DNA of 64,000 bases, taken from positions 31,930,001 to 31,994,000 of the forward strand of contig NC_043015.1 of the NCBI RefSeq assembly GCF_006345805.1. Reading direction: 5' to 3'. Each line of letters opens with the position of its first letter. Within the stretch, counting starts at the first letter, position 1. The notes beneath the pieces were generated by a model. The model was not told where the DNA came from. It made no database searches and saw only the letters and a list, made by a program, of their open reading frames with translations. This stretch comes from Octopus sinensis (Eukaryota). Below are positions 40,601 to 53,600 of the stretch, piece by piece. The position numbers and the translations under genes are program-made.

Positions 40601-41622
40601 TAAAACAGGTAGAATATTTGGGCCACATGTGGTCGATTTGGATGCTGAAGGGTTAACTCAGTTGGGAATTTATTAGATTGCTGGTGTTTTTCATCATCAT
40701 CATCATCGTTTAACGTCCACTTTCCATGCTGGCATGGGTTGGACGGTTCGACTGGGGTCTGGGAAGCCAGGAGGCTGCACCAGGCCCAGTCTGATCTGGC
40801 AGTGTTTCTACAGCTGGATGCCCTTCCTAACACCAACCACTCCATGAGTGTAGTGGGTGCTTTTTACTTGCCACCGGCATGGAGGCCAGTTGGGGTGGTG
40901 CTGGCAATGGCCACGTTCAGATGGTTCTTTTACATGCCACCGGCACTGGTATCACAACTACAATTTCCATTGATTTTTTTTTGATCGATTTCGATTTCAC
41001 TTGCCTCAACAGGTCTTCGCAAGCATTTTTGTTGTCAATAATCTGTCATACAGGTTGAACATTTAGTGGCAGCATTTTTGTCTAAATCATTGGTTCTCAA
41101 CTGGAATCCGTATGACTCTTGGGGGTCCATATAAGATTTTGTTGTTAAAATTTATCTGCAATAAACCGGTTATACTTCTACAATACACAAAACATTTTAA
41201 TAATTATTTTTATAAAGTTCCTGATAATATTCAGTTATGAAAATATAAACATTGATTGGCTATGAGGGCCTCTCTGAGTAAAATAGAATCAAAGGAGTCC
41301 ACAGGTAAAAAATGGTTGAGAAGCCCTGGTCTAGCACATTTCGTGTTGGCCATTATGTTGCCTCTGTTTCCATGCTCGCATGTACTGGATGAACCTTGTT
41401 GTTTGTGTCATCAGTTCATGCCTTTGTATGGATTTGTGGGCGTGGCTAAAAAGCTTGCTTCCCAACCACATGGTTCTGGGTTCAGTCCTACTGCATGGAA
41501 CCTTAGGCGAGTGTCTTCTATAGCCCTGTCCAGCCAAAGCCTTGTGAGTGGATTTTATAAACAGAAACTGGAAGAAACCCATCATTGTGTGTGTGTGTGC
41601 ATATATTTGTCTATGTATGTAA

Positions 41623-41655
<33 letters not shown>

Positions 41656-44600
41656 TATCTGGTTGTCATTGGAGCATTGGGTTCAATACCTCTCAAACTG
41701 AAGAAACATCTGGACACTTTAGAAATACCCCACAATCTTGGTGTATTGCAAAAATCAGCTTTACTTGGAACTGCATGCAATACATCCCAAACTAGTCCAT
41801 CTGAGATCCTTGTTGTCACTTGGCCAGACAACACAAATCCCTGGAACACACAAAATCATCAGTCTATAACATCACAATATTGGATAGTGTGTGATGTTTT
41901 CAGTAATGATGATGATAATCCTTTCTCTAAAGGTACAAGGCCTGAATTTTTAGGGAGGGGACTAGTCAATTACATCAACCCCCAATGTTTCACTGGTACT
42001 TTATTGACCCTGCTGGGTGGGGGCGACATTGCCTGCTGCATGGAAATGATGTTGCCTGCTGGGTAGAGGCAATGTTGCCCAAGGGTTTGACATGATATTT
42101 TACCAAGAAAGTTTTTTTATTCCAGCTGCATCAGGAAAAACAAGGCATTGTAGGAGAATATGGTCATCTTTCTTTATGTCGTATGGTTGTGTGGACAACT
42201 GACCCATTGATTCGTCTCAAGGCACTGGCCGCTCTGGTTGATGTTTGTAAAAGTAAGTAACAAATTCTGTCTTTTTAATTGATTTATCTTTAGTCGTTTA
42301 TCCTCAAACAGATGTCTGAACTATTTAACCATATAACTACACTGGAATCAAACTGTGCTGACATTGGCCTGTGTCTCATCAACAGGTTGAAAGCAATGCA
42401 ATGTTATGCAGTTATTTTACTTTTGACGTGGAGTGTCGTCGTTATTTGATGTCGTTTGGCATTGTCTCCAATGTTGCTGTTTGACACGTTGCGTTTGGTG
42501 TTCTTTGATGCTGTCACTGAAACCGTTTAATGCCTGGCTTTTTTGGAATGAGATTATTGGGACATGGCTGTTTGGACCCTAAGGATTTGGCATTGACTGA
42601 CTGGATATTCGACCTGTTTTGCTGACAATAGGTTTTGACACTGATGACAAACACACGCATGTATGCGTGCGCAGAAATACACACATGCATTCAATATGCA
42701 GGGTTCCTAAACTGGGAACACAGTATAATACCAATGCCGAGTTTCAATTGTTTTGTGGTATGATCGATGCTCTCCTCTTTTTTCCCCCTACAAGACGTTG
42801 ATGAAGATATTGAGATCCCTTGAAATTGCCATTCCACAAGATCCACCTGACGATGAGGGGTTGCTCATGTACTTCGATTGTACTTATGCCCCAATGTCTC
42901 TGAGAATGTGTCACATTCCACCTGCTTGCCCCTCATCAATGGAATGTGCGTGATGCCACCATGAACAACAATGCCCGTACCAACAACATCTGTGAAGTGT
43001 GGAATAATAAATTCTTCAACCTCGTCAGTCACTACCATCCTTCACTCTGGCGTGTCATTGAGAGGGAGACACATTATGATTAATTAATTGAACATGATTG
43101 ACACAAACACTTTCCCTTTCCCCATACACATAAAAAATATTCTCATGCATTGGAGCCTAACTGGAGCCTGGTACAGCCTTCTGGTTTGCCAGTCCTCAGT
43201 CAAACCGTGCAACCCATGCTAGCATGGGTTAAGCGATGATGATGATGCATGTAAACAAAGAGAGAAAGAGGCAAAAATGAAAGCATCTGATGTCAAACAA
43301 GTCCTTGTCAAGTCAACGGTGCCAAAATATCTTATACTCCCAGCTTTTGATGTTTGATGCCTTTTAAGAGATCAAAAATACCAGTCATTATTCAGTTTTT
43401 TTCTTCTTTCTTTCTTTATTACTCCCAGATAAAAGAGGTGGTGCCTTGGCTTCCACAATATATTCCTGTATGCAACATGGTGAACCCTACATCAAACAAA
43501 TGCTCCAGCATCTCCTCAATATGGTAACCCCTTTTTTATCTTTACTCATCTTATTTTCGTATGTTGTTGAGTCACATGTCAACTTTAAGCTGACCAATGA
43601 TCAAAGGTGTGCAGGACTTCATTATTTGTGTTCTTAAGATTAGGTTGAGATTTGGGAGAGATTTGCTTGCTATTTCTAGCAAGTTAAGCCACCACTTAAA
43701 AGCTCCCCCTCATCTGCTCAGTTTATTTTTATATCGTGGCCGTTGCCAGCCTCGCCTGGCCCCCGTGCCGGTGGCACGTAAAAAGCACCATCCATCCGTG
43801 GCCATTTGCCAGCCCCGTCTGGCACCTGTACCGGTGGCACGTAAAAAGCACCCACTACACTCACGGAGTGGTTGGCGTTAGGAAGGGCATCCAGCCGTAG
43901 AAACATTGCCAGATCAGACTGGAGCCTGGTGCAGCCTTCTGGCTTCCCAGACCCCAGTTGAACCGTCCAACCCATGCTAGCATGGAAAGCGGACGTTAAA
44001 CGATGATGATGATGATTGCTGTTGCCAGTGTTATGGTGCAGTGGTGAATACTTGGAAAATTTTTGGAAATTGATTCCATAATTTGGTTTGATTTTCAGGT
44101 TGGAACTATTTATATTGATAATTTCATTGAGGGGAATCTCATGCCAAAATGTGTGTGTCCGTGTCCCTGTGTTCTTCCTGCCTTTGACCTGCACAACCCT
44201 GTCATCAAGAAAATTCCACCAGGCTCGTGTTGCCCACTGCTTCTAGCTTTGTTACATCAACAAAAGCTTTGCTAATTGCTTGCCTTCTGGTGTCCCCCCC
44301 CCCCCACCCGTGATGAGGGCCGAGCTCTGAATGATGGGTCTCTCATTTCCTCAACTACCTCATTATCATCATCCTTTAACACCCATTTCCATGCTGTCAT
44401 GAGTTGGACGATTTGACCAGGGCTGGAGAGCTCTAGCAGCTTTCAGCCTGGTTTGGCTTGGTTTCTATGGCTGGATGCCCTTCCTAATACCAACCACTTT
44501 ACAATGTGTACTGGGTGCTTTTTACACATTGCTGGCACAAAGGCTTTTACATGGCACCGGCACAGGTCTCTTGCAAGCCAATCTTCTTCGTGGGTGGCCT

Positions 44601-47600
44601 TAACACTTGTACTGTAGAGGATGGGTCTTCCTGAGTACGGATATCTAGGTCCTTTGTCATCTCCCCCAAAAGGTTCAGTGACCCGAGGTCGTCCTTCATG
44701 TACTTATTGCTCCTCTCTTGTTCATTTCTTCCCCTCTCCGTTGCCTTTGTTTGTTCAGGTAAATGTATCACCAATGTTTACTTCATCTCATTACAGGTAT
44801 AGTCTTGAAGTTGTGCTCATCATATTGACTAATATAAGACTTAACTATTTATTACTTTTCTTCTTCCTTCCAGGTCGTCCATCCTATTTATGTGACGTTG
44901 CTGCGCTGGATCTATGATGGAGATTTAGAAAACGACCCCTTAGGAGAAGTAAGAATTCATTTTAATTTGGTTGTAATTGGTTTATTGGTTCTAGGGTGTT
45001 TCATAAGCCCTCTTTAGCATTTTAAATGGGGTTTATCACATAACCCCTTAGCATTCAGATTATTCTGTCAAATGTAATGCTTGTTTACTCTTTTACTTGT
45101 TTCAGTCATTTGACTGCGGCCATGCTGGAGCACTGCCTTTAGTCGAGCAAATCGACCCCCAGGATTTAATCTTTGTAAGCCCAGTACTTATTCTATCGGT
45201 CTCTTTTGCCGAACCAGCATCGGTTGTCAATCAATGCTAGGGGAACAAACACAGACACACAAACATACATGCACACACACACATATATATATATATATAC
45301 ATATATACGACAGGCTTCTTTCAGTTTCCGTCTACCAAATCCACTCACAAGGCTTTGGTCGGCCCGAGGCTATAGCAGAAGACACTTGCCCAAGATGCCA
45401 CGCAGTGGGACTGAACCCGGAACCATGTGGTTGGTTAGCAAGCTACTTACCACACAGCCACTCTACATTGCTTTGAATCAATCATGCATTATCTCACAGC
45501 TATGAGACTTTGTTTCTGTGATAGTGTATATTTAGAATGACATTGTAGGGAACATGTCAGAGGCCGGATCTGGACAGGTGGCTGGTTTTAATGTTAATGC
45601 ATCATGGGGATTTATGCCATTATGAAAAAACAAGATTTTTTAACCCCTTCCCCTTCCTATACCAGCAATGGGCCACCCTTGGGTGCATCACCATTTCATT
45701 AAGTATGTTTATGGGGAGAAAAATATTGGAAAACATCAATACAAGTCAGTGACAAAGAAACGAGGAAGGTATCAGGTGGTCGTGAGATGTGCTAAAAATA
45801 ACAGCTAAATTGCCCTTAAATCATACACACAAAAGTCATTTTTTGGGGGTTTTTTTTGCATAACTTGTGTGTAGGACACAAATTTGCAAACTTTTTCTGA
45901 AAATTCTAAAAAAGTAAAAAATTTATGTGGGGGTTCTATGGGGTGCTTAATCCAGAATTCTACTGGCTGCAGACCATATCTTGCTCCAGTATCTTAGTTT
46001 TTGACATAGTTTCTGCTGTTGTATGTCCTTCTTATCATCAGCCATTTTACAGAGTGTATTGGGTGCTATTTTTTTGCATCCAGCAGTGGTGAACTTGGTG
46101 AACTTTCCTTGAAACTCTCAAGAATGAAGACCCTTCACCCCACCTTTACCTGAGAAAGAAAATACTAGAAAGTGTATGCAAAGGTGTTGAGGGGTTAATG
46201 TATGATGGGAGGAGTGGGGACAGGTTTGTTGTGGAGGTGATTCATGGTTACCTGGTTATTTGCATTTTACATGGGTCTAGTGGTTAGGATTCCTGGCTTT
46301 CACCCAGGCGGCCCGGGTTCGATTCCTGGCATGGGAACGTCTTTCTTTGTCTCGCTTGGCACCTGTGTCGGTGGCACGTAAAAAGCACCCACTACACTCA
46401 TGGAGTGGTTGGCGTTAGGAAGGACATCCAGCTGTAGAAACATTGCCAGATCAGACTGGGGCCTGGTGCAGCCTTCTGGCTTCCCAGACCCCACTTGAAC
46501 CGTCCAACCCATGCCAGCATGGAAAGCGGACGCTAAGCGATGATGATGATGATGGGTGAGTGAGGGTGGCTGAAGTGGTGCCACTAAGAGGGGTAAATGT
46601 GTGTGTGGGGGGGTGACGAGATGCCAGAAAATACTCTCAAGGTGACTTGTCCAAGAAGGTTGACAGAAGGGGACATGGGGCAGGAGAATCAGCAGATATT
46701 TCTTTAAGTTTGCAAGAGTGTGACGAGAGAGTGAGAGATGGATATAAGTATAGAATGGAAGTGGTTGTGTATACAGAAGGTGAATGGAAATGATGAGAAT
46801 GATGGATATATCTCAATTGGAAGAAGCTCTAAGGGGAGAGAGGGGATATGTCGTTCACCCTTTCTCAACCACGGGACCATGCCTGTACCTATGGATATGC
46901 ATTTACTTGTTTATGTATTTGTTAAATAAGCAAATAAACTTTGCGTTATGTCAACCCTTATTTATGTTTGTGGTTTAATGTTTTACAGTTTTTCGTGGCC
47001 TGCAACCCTAAAATTGGTGTTGACGTGTGGCGGAGTAAATACATGCTACGTACTGCTATGATCCCATCTTTCATCAGTACTGAACAGGCGGAAAAGGTCA
47101 GTGGGTCATTCATTTCCTTTTTCTACCTCTATTTGCTCTCCCCTGTTCTCTCTCTCTCTCTTATTTCATCATTCTATATTTCCTATGTTCTCCTGTAAAA
47201 ATCCTAATAATTTTCTCCAGAATAGAAGAATCCCATTAATTTTCTACACTTCACTCTGTCTGTTGTTTAGAATTTCTTTCCTATTCATTGAAATATTTCT
47301 CCATTACCCTACCCTGTAACCTTTATTTTGTTTAGATCTTAAATGCTGGCAAATCCATCAAATTTCTCCACTGCGTCTGTAACGAACAAACCCCAGCCAA
47401 AGGTCAACAAGCTGTACAAGAGATCAATGTTAAACAAGGTGCGAAAGATTCTTATTGAGTTTTCCTATTCAGTGGTATCCTTTTTTTTTTTTTCCTAAAC
47501 CTAGTTCTTCTACCATTTCCACTAATTTCATAGCATCTATAATGTGAATAGTGTTGATATTTCTATTTTGAATATTTTAGCTGAATCCATGTTTACCCAG

Positions 47601-50600
47601 AACACAAACTCCAGCTTTCAGCAGATGATTGATGAGGTTTATGTAGAAACCAGTCGAAGACTTCTTGATTGCATGCACAAAAACTACAAGTTTATGGATC
47701 ACCTAAAGGTAAGCAAAATATTTATGGGTCCTCATGGAAACATTTTCAGCCGTATAATTTATTTTCCTCCTTAGAGACAAGGATTTCTTATTAGTCTAAT
47801 GCAACATTAGATCTATCTTGAATCATGAGAGCTAAATGATTTAAGATTGAAATGGTGTATTGATTATTGATATTATACATTGATACTATTGATTGATTGT
47901 TGAGTGTTGAATATATTGTACATTGATATCACACATTAATATTTTTTCCTTCAATGTAGCACTTTGGTTAAAAGTGAAGAACATTTGACATTTGAATCTC
48001 TGTGAGTTCGATTATGACAGAAGTGCAACACCAGTTTTTATAAGGTGGTTAACTGGCAGAATTGTTACCATGCTGAGCAAAATACTTAGCAGCATTTTGT
48101 CTGTCTTTACACTCTGAGTTCAAATTCTTCCAAGGTCGACTTTGCCTTAACCTTTTAGCGTTCAGATTACTCTGCCAAATATAATGCTTCTTCATTCACA
48201 TTGTTTTGAATTAATCCTGCATTATCTTGTTTCTCTGAGAATTTGATGATGTGATGGTTTATTTTGAGGATGGCATTGTAGGATATGAGTGAGAGGCCAG
48301 ATCTGGATGGTTTGAACATAAAAGAAGAAAATTTGGGCCGGACATGGCCAGTTTAAATGCTAAAGGGTTAAATCCATTTGGGGTTGAAGTAATCAACTTA
48401 CCACCTCCCCCCTAAATTACTGGCCTTGTAACAAAATTTGAAACCAGTTTATATTTTTCCTTTCTTTATATTTCAATACATGTAGAATTTAATAACACTC
48501 TGCATACATGTAGCATTTCATGTCAGTATGAGAAAATTGGACTCTGCTGGTGGAGATAAAGTTGGTTTTGTATCTTTTTAGGCACTTCGGCGATATCTAC
48601 TTTTTGGTCAAGGAGACTTTATCACACACCTGATGTGTCTGCTGGAGTAAGTTCATCCTGTATTTGCATATCACCTCCCACACTCTCCTCTCTTCCTCTC
48701 CATCTCTTTCTCTCTTGCTGGGTAACCCTGTACCTCCTCTATAGTAAGACACCTGTTTCTGTCTCTCTGTCACAGTCTAACCTTTCATCATCTGACACAA
48801 GATCCCCTCCTCCAGTGCCCCTGCCCCTCTCAAAATACCTTGTCTTACAAGTTGCTTGGTGACCCTGCTGGTGCCATGTAAAAAGCATCCAGTCCACACT
48901 GTAAAGTGGTCAGCATTTGGAAGGGCATCCAGCTGTAAAAAGCACTGAGTCCACACTGCAGAGTGGCTGGTGTTAGGAAGGGCATCCAGTCATAAAAACC
49001 CTGCCAAAACAGACATGGAAGCTTGGAGTAGTCTTCTACCTGCCTGGTTCCTCTCACCTGTCCTACCCAGGCATGCATGGGAGATGGACGTTAAACAATG
49101 ATAATGATACAGGTGCAGACGTGGCTGTGTGGTAAGAAGCTTGCTTTACAGCCAGATGGTTCTGGGCTCAGTCCCACTGCATGGCACCTTAAGCAAGTGC
49201 TCCCTACTATAGTCTCAGGCAAACCAAAGCCTTGTGGGTGGATTTGGTAGACGGAAATTGAAAGAAAGCCCATCATATGTGTGTGTCTTTGTGTCTGTTT
49301 CCACTCCCCACCGCTTGACAACTGGTGTTGATATGTTTAAGCCTAAGTACCAGGTGTAAAAGAAAAAAAAAGTACTGGAGTTGACTCATTTGACTAAAAA
49401 TTCTTCAAGGTGGTGCCCCAGCATGGCTGTGCTCTAATGACTGAAACAAGTAAAAGAAGATACATTATGTGGGAAGGTTTCAACAAGTAGAAAAATTAGC
49501 TAAGAGAATAAAAATGACATTGTTATAATGTTACGATAAAAAGCACAAATCTTACTAAATACACCTACTGTATTGGTTGAAATAATTATAATTATAATTT
49601 ATTTCGCCATTTTTCAGAAGACAACTGACAAATGGTCTTGTTCTCAACTTGAAAAGTGCAGAAATAAATTATTTCAACCAGAGAACCCTGGGTAGCTTTA
49701 CATGTTACTTTTGACAATCTTTTTCTGAAAAAGTGAAACCGGTCAAGTGAATAAACATCTTTTAAAATTGCATTTTCAAACCTTCTTTCATATATAATTC
49801 CACTTGTGCGGTACCTTACAACTTCACTTTGTATACCAAGTGCAGATTGCATTGAATAACCAGCTGGAGGAGGCATCCTCCTGGGGTTAAAATGGTAGTA
49901 ACGTTGGTTTGTATGGAACGGCTGTGTTGAAGTGACGATAAACATTACCTCTCTCTCTTTCTCTCTCAATTTTGTTTTGATAAAATAAATTTAATCTTTT
50001 TTTTCTGAGACTTCTATAATAATAATAATAATATCCAGGATTTTTTGACACTCATACAAACAACAACGTTCATTCGTTATTTCTGTTGTTGATGAAGTAT
50101 CAGTCTCGTACAAGAGTTGATTTTTTTTTTTTCTCTTTCTCCCTCTGATTTGATTGTTACAATCACGAGAAGCTTCATGTGAGACTGTTCCTAACATCCA
50201 TTTATCTAGAAATGAAGTGTAGTTAAGTGATGGACAGGGAGGAACCTTGCTTTATTTAAAGGGTCCTTTCATTTTTAATGCTCATATTCTTTTATATATC
50301 ATAAAAAACAGTCGTAATGTGAAATATTTATCTGGGTTTCTTCAGGACCGAATTAGCAAAACCTGCCAACACCCTCTACCCTCACAACTTGACTGGGATT
50401 CTGGAAGCTGCAGTCCGAGCAACAAATGCACAGTTTGATGACAGTGATATTTTAGATCGTTTGGATGTGAAAATGATGGAGGTTTGTGTATATATTTTAT
50501 TGTTTGTTGTTCTTAAATACATATATTATGGATTGAGGCGAGCTGGCAGAAACGTTAGCACACGGGGCGAAATGCGTAGCTGTATTTCATCTGCCGTTAC

Positions 50601-53600
50601 GTTCTGAGTTCAAATTCCGCCGAGGTCGACTTTGCCTTTCATCCTTTCGGGGTCGATAAATTAAGTATCAGTTAAACACTGGGGTCGACTTAATCTGTTT
50701 GTCTGTCCTTGTTTGTTCTCTCTCTGTTTAGCCCCTTGTGGGTAGTAAAGAAATAGGTATTTTGTCTGTCTTTACGTTGTGAGTTGAAATTCCGCCGAGG
50801 TCGACTTTGCCTTTCATCCTTTCGGGGTCGATAAATTAAGTAGCAGTTACGCACTGGGGTCGACGTAATCGACTTAATCCCTTTGTCTGTCCTTGTTTGT
50901 CCCCTCTGTGTTTAGCACCTTGTGGGTAGTAAAGAAATATATATTATGGATTGATATTTGGATTGTTGGAGTTCTCTCTTATTTTCAATTCGTTGTCTTT
51001 AACCCTTTTCTTACCATAATTTTGTTGAAATATTCTTTAAAATAAGAATTTCGTGAAATGACTTGTGTTCATAATTAAGATAATGTTTGGAACATAAAGT
51101 GACATGAAATTTCAGTGGCAGATTTTAATTTTGATCATATTAAAAGGGGAAGTTTGAGTTGTAGTGGTTCAGCAAAAGAGACTGATAGGATAAGTGTCAG
51201 ACACTAAAAAATATAAGTACTGGGGTTGATTTGTTCAACTAAACCTTCTATGGCGGTGCTCCAGCATGGCCACAGTTTCAATGACTGAATCAAGTAAAAG
51301 TTAAAATGTGTGTGTGTGTGTGTGGAAGACAACCACCCATTCCAGTGTTGCATAGAAGCACCCAGTGCACTCTGTAAAGTGGTTGGTGTTAGGAAGGGCA
51401 TCTAGCCATGGCAACCATGCCAAAACAGACATGGAGCCTGGTCAGCTCCTGTCAAACCGTCCAACCCATGCCAGCATGGAGAAGGGACGTTAAATGATCA
51501 TGATGTGTGTATGTGTATAATATGTCCCCTTGTCTTAACATTACATGATTGTTGTAAATGTCATCCATTATTTCCAATATTTTGTGGAAACACGTCTGAT
51601 CACGAGGAATCATTACCTTGCTTGAAGAGAAGTAAAGGTTGACAACAGGGCAAACAACCTGTTGCAGACAATCTACCTTGGTCAACTCCATTGAGCACAT
51701 ACGAAATTGGAAAAGATATTAAAAACAACAATAATGCTGATGCATGTAAGACTTGATTCATTGAGCCGTGTTGTTTCTCTACATTGTTATGCTATCTCTC
51801 TCTCTCTATCTCTCTCTCTCTCTCTACTTGTTGTTTATCTTCTTCTTTGCAGGTTTCCTCCCAAGACACAGGCTGGGATGTCTTCAGTTTATACTATCAT
51901 GTTGATGGACCAATTAAAACTGTAAGTTATTTCTTCTGACTCTGTTATTAATGATTGAGTTATCTTTAATCTTTTGAGCTTATTATATTTAGAAAACAAT
52001 TGCAGCGTGGAAGGTGTTTATAAGCCATTTAAGAAACACACAAAAACCGTTAGATTCACTTCAACATTTAAATTTAATTTGTCAAAATATTTTCGTCGCT
52101 TTGGGACCGCGACCTGTTCACTGACAAAACTTTGTGCTGCACGAAGTTTGACAAATTAAATTTAAATGTTGAAGTGAATCGAACGGTTTTTGTGTGTTTC
52201 TTAAATGGCTTATAGGCACCTTCCATGCTGCAATTGTTTTCGTTCCAGCACATGATCTCAGATCAGGTCACTCGCTATGCAAGTACATCTCCATAATAAA
52301 CATATTTTTAATTACAAATTATAAAAAGATTGTGAGTTAGAGTTGCCTACTGTCTCTTGATGGCATCTCGGGTATAAAAACATTTAATTTAGAACTTCTA
52401 TTTTTCATGTTTCTTTTGTTGTCTAATTATCGTTAGTTGCTTTATGTTTAATGTCTTTATTAATTCCTGTTCTCTTATTTCATTGTTTCCCTGTCTGTTT
52501 CATGACTGTCCTCTCGTTATCGTTAGGTGTTCTATGATGAGTGTGTTATCATGTACCTGAAAGCATTCAACTTCCTTTGGCGTGCTAAACGAATGGAACA
52601 TATTCTTGCGACAGTCTGGAAAGGACTGCTTTTCAATGCAAAAAGCTATCGCCAGTTACCAGGTGAGATAAGTTTTTGCGTCTTCCCCACTGAAATCTAG
52701 CTTCTGATGTGTTTTTATGTTTGGAAGAAGAGTGCTTATCACAGCCACAAGGCTATTGCAGGACCTCTAAGGTCAGAGAGATTAATTATATTCTTGAACG
52801 ATTACAAATTGACAGCTGCAGGAAAAACATGGACTGAGGATAGTGGTGTGTGTGTGTGTGTTCTAGAAGAGTAGGCACAATATGAGTGACAGACATATAA
52901 GTCAAATAGGTTTGGGTGGAAGTGGCACCAGAGTAGCTAGCTCCAAGAAAAGAGACAGACAGAGACAGTGCTGTAGTAGTGGTTATGGCAGAAAAGTTGC
53001 TGGGGAGATAGCAATGAAGGTAGAGGACCACTGTGTTGGTGTATGGAAGAGCATGTGGAGGGCCTACAACTGTGATTCTCAACTAAGGTCCACATGTCCC
53101 TTGGGGGTCCATATAAGATTTTATTGTTAAAACTTACACTCTCTCTCTTCTACTTGTTCCAATCATTTGACTGCCATGCTGGAACATCACCTTTAGTCGA
53201 GCAAATCGACCCCAGGACTTATTCTTTGTAAGCCTAGTATTTATTCCATTGGCCCCTTTTGTTGAACTGCTAAGTTACAGGGATGTAAACACACCACCGT
53301 CGGTTGTCAAGCGATGTTGAGGGGACACATATATACGATGGGCTTCTTTCAGTTTCCATCTACCAAATCCACTCACAAGGCTTTGGTCGGCCCGAGGCTA
53401 TAGTAGAAGACACTTGCCCAAGGTGTCATGCAGTGGGACTGAACCCGGAGCCATGTGGTTGGTAAGCAAGCTACTTACCACACAGCCACTCCTGTGCCTA
53501 TGTGCAATAAATTGGTTATGCTTCTATAATACACAAAATATTTTAACAAATTTGTTAATACAATTCTTAATATCTAATTATAAAACTATACGGTTTTTAT

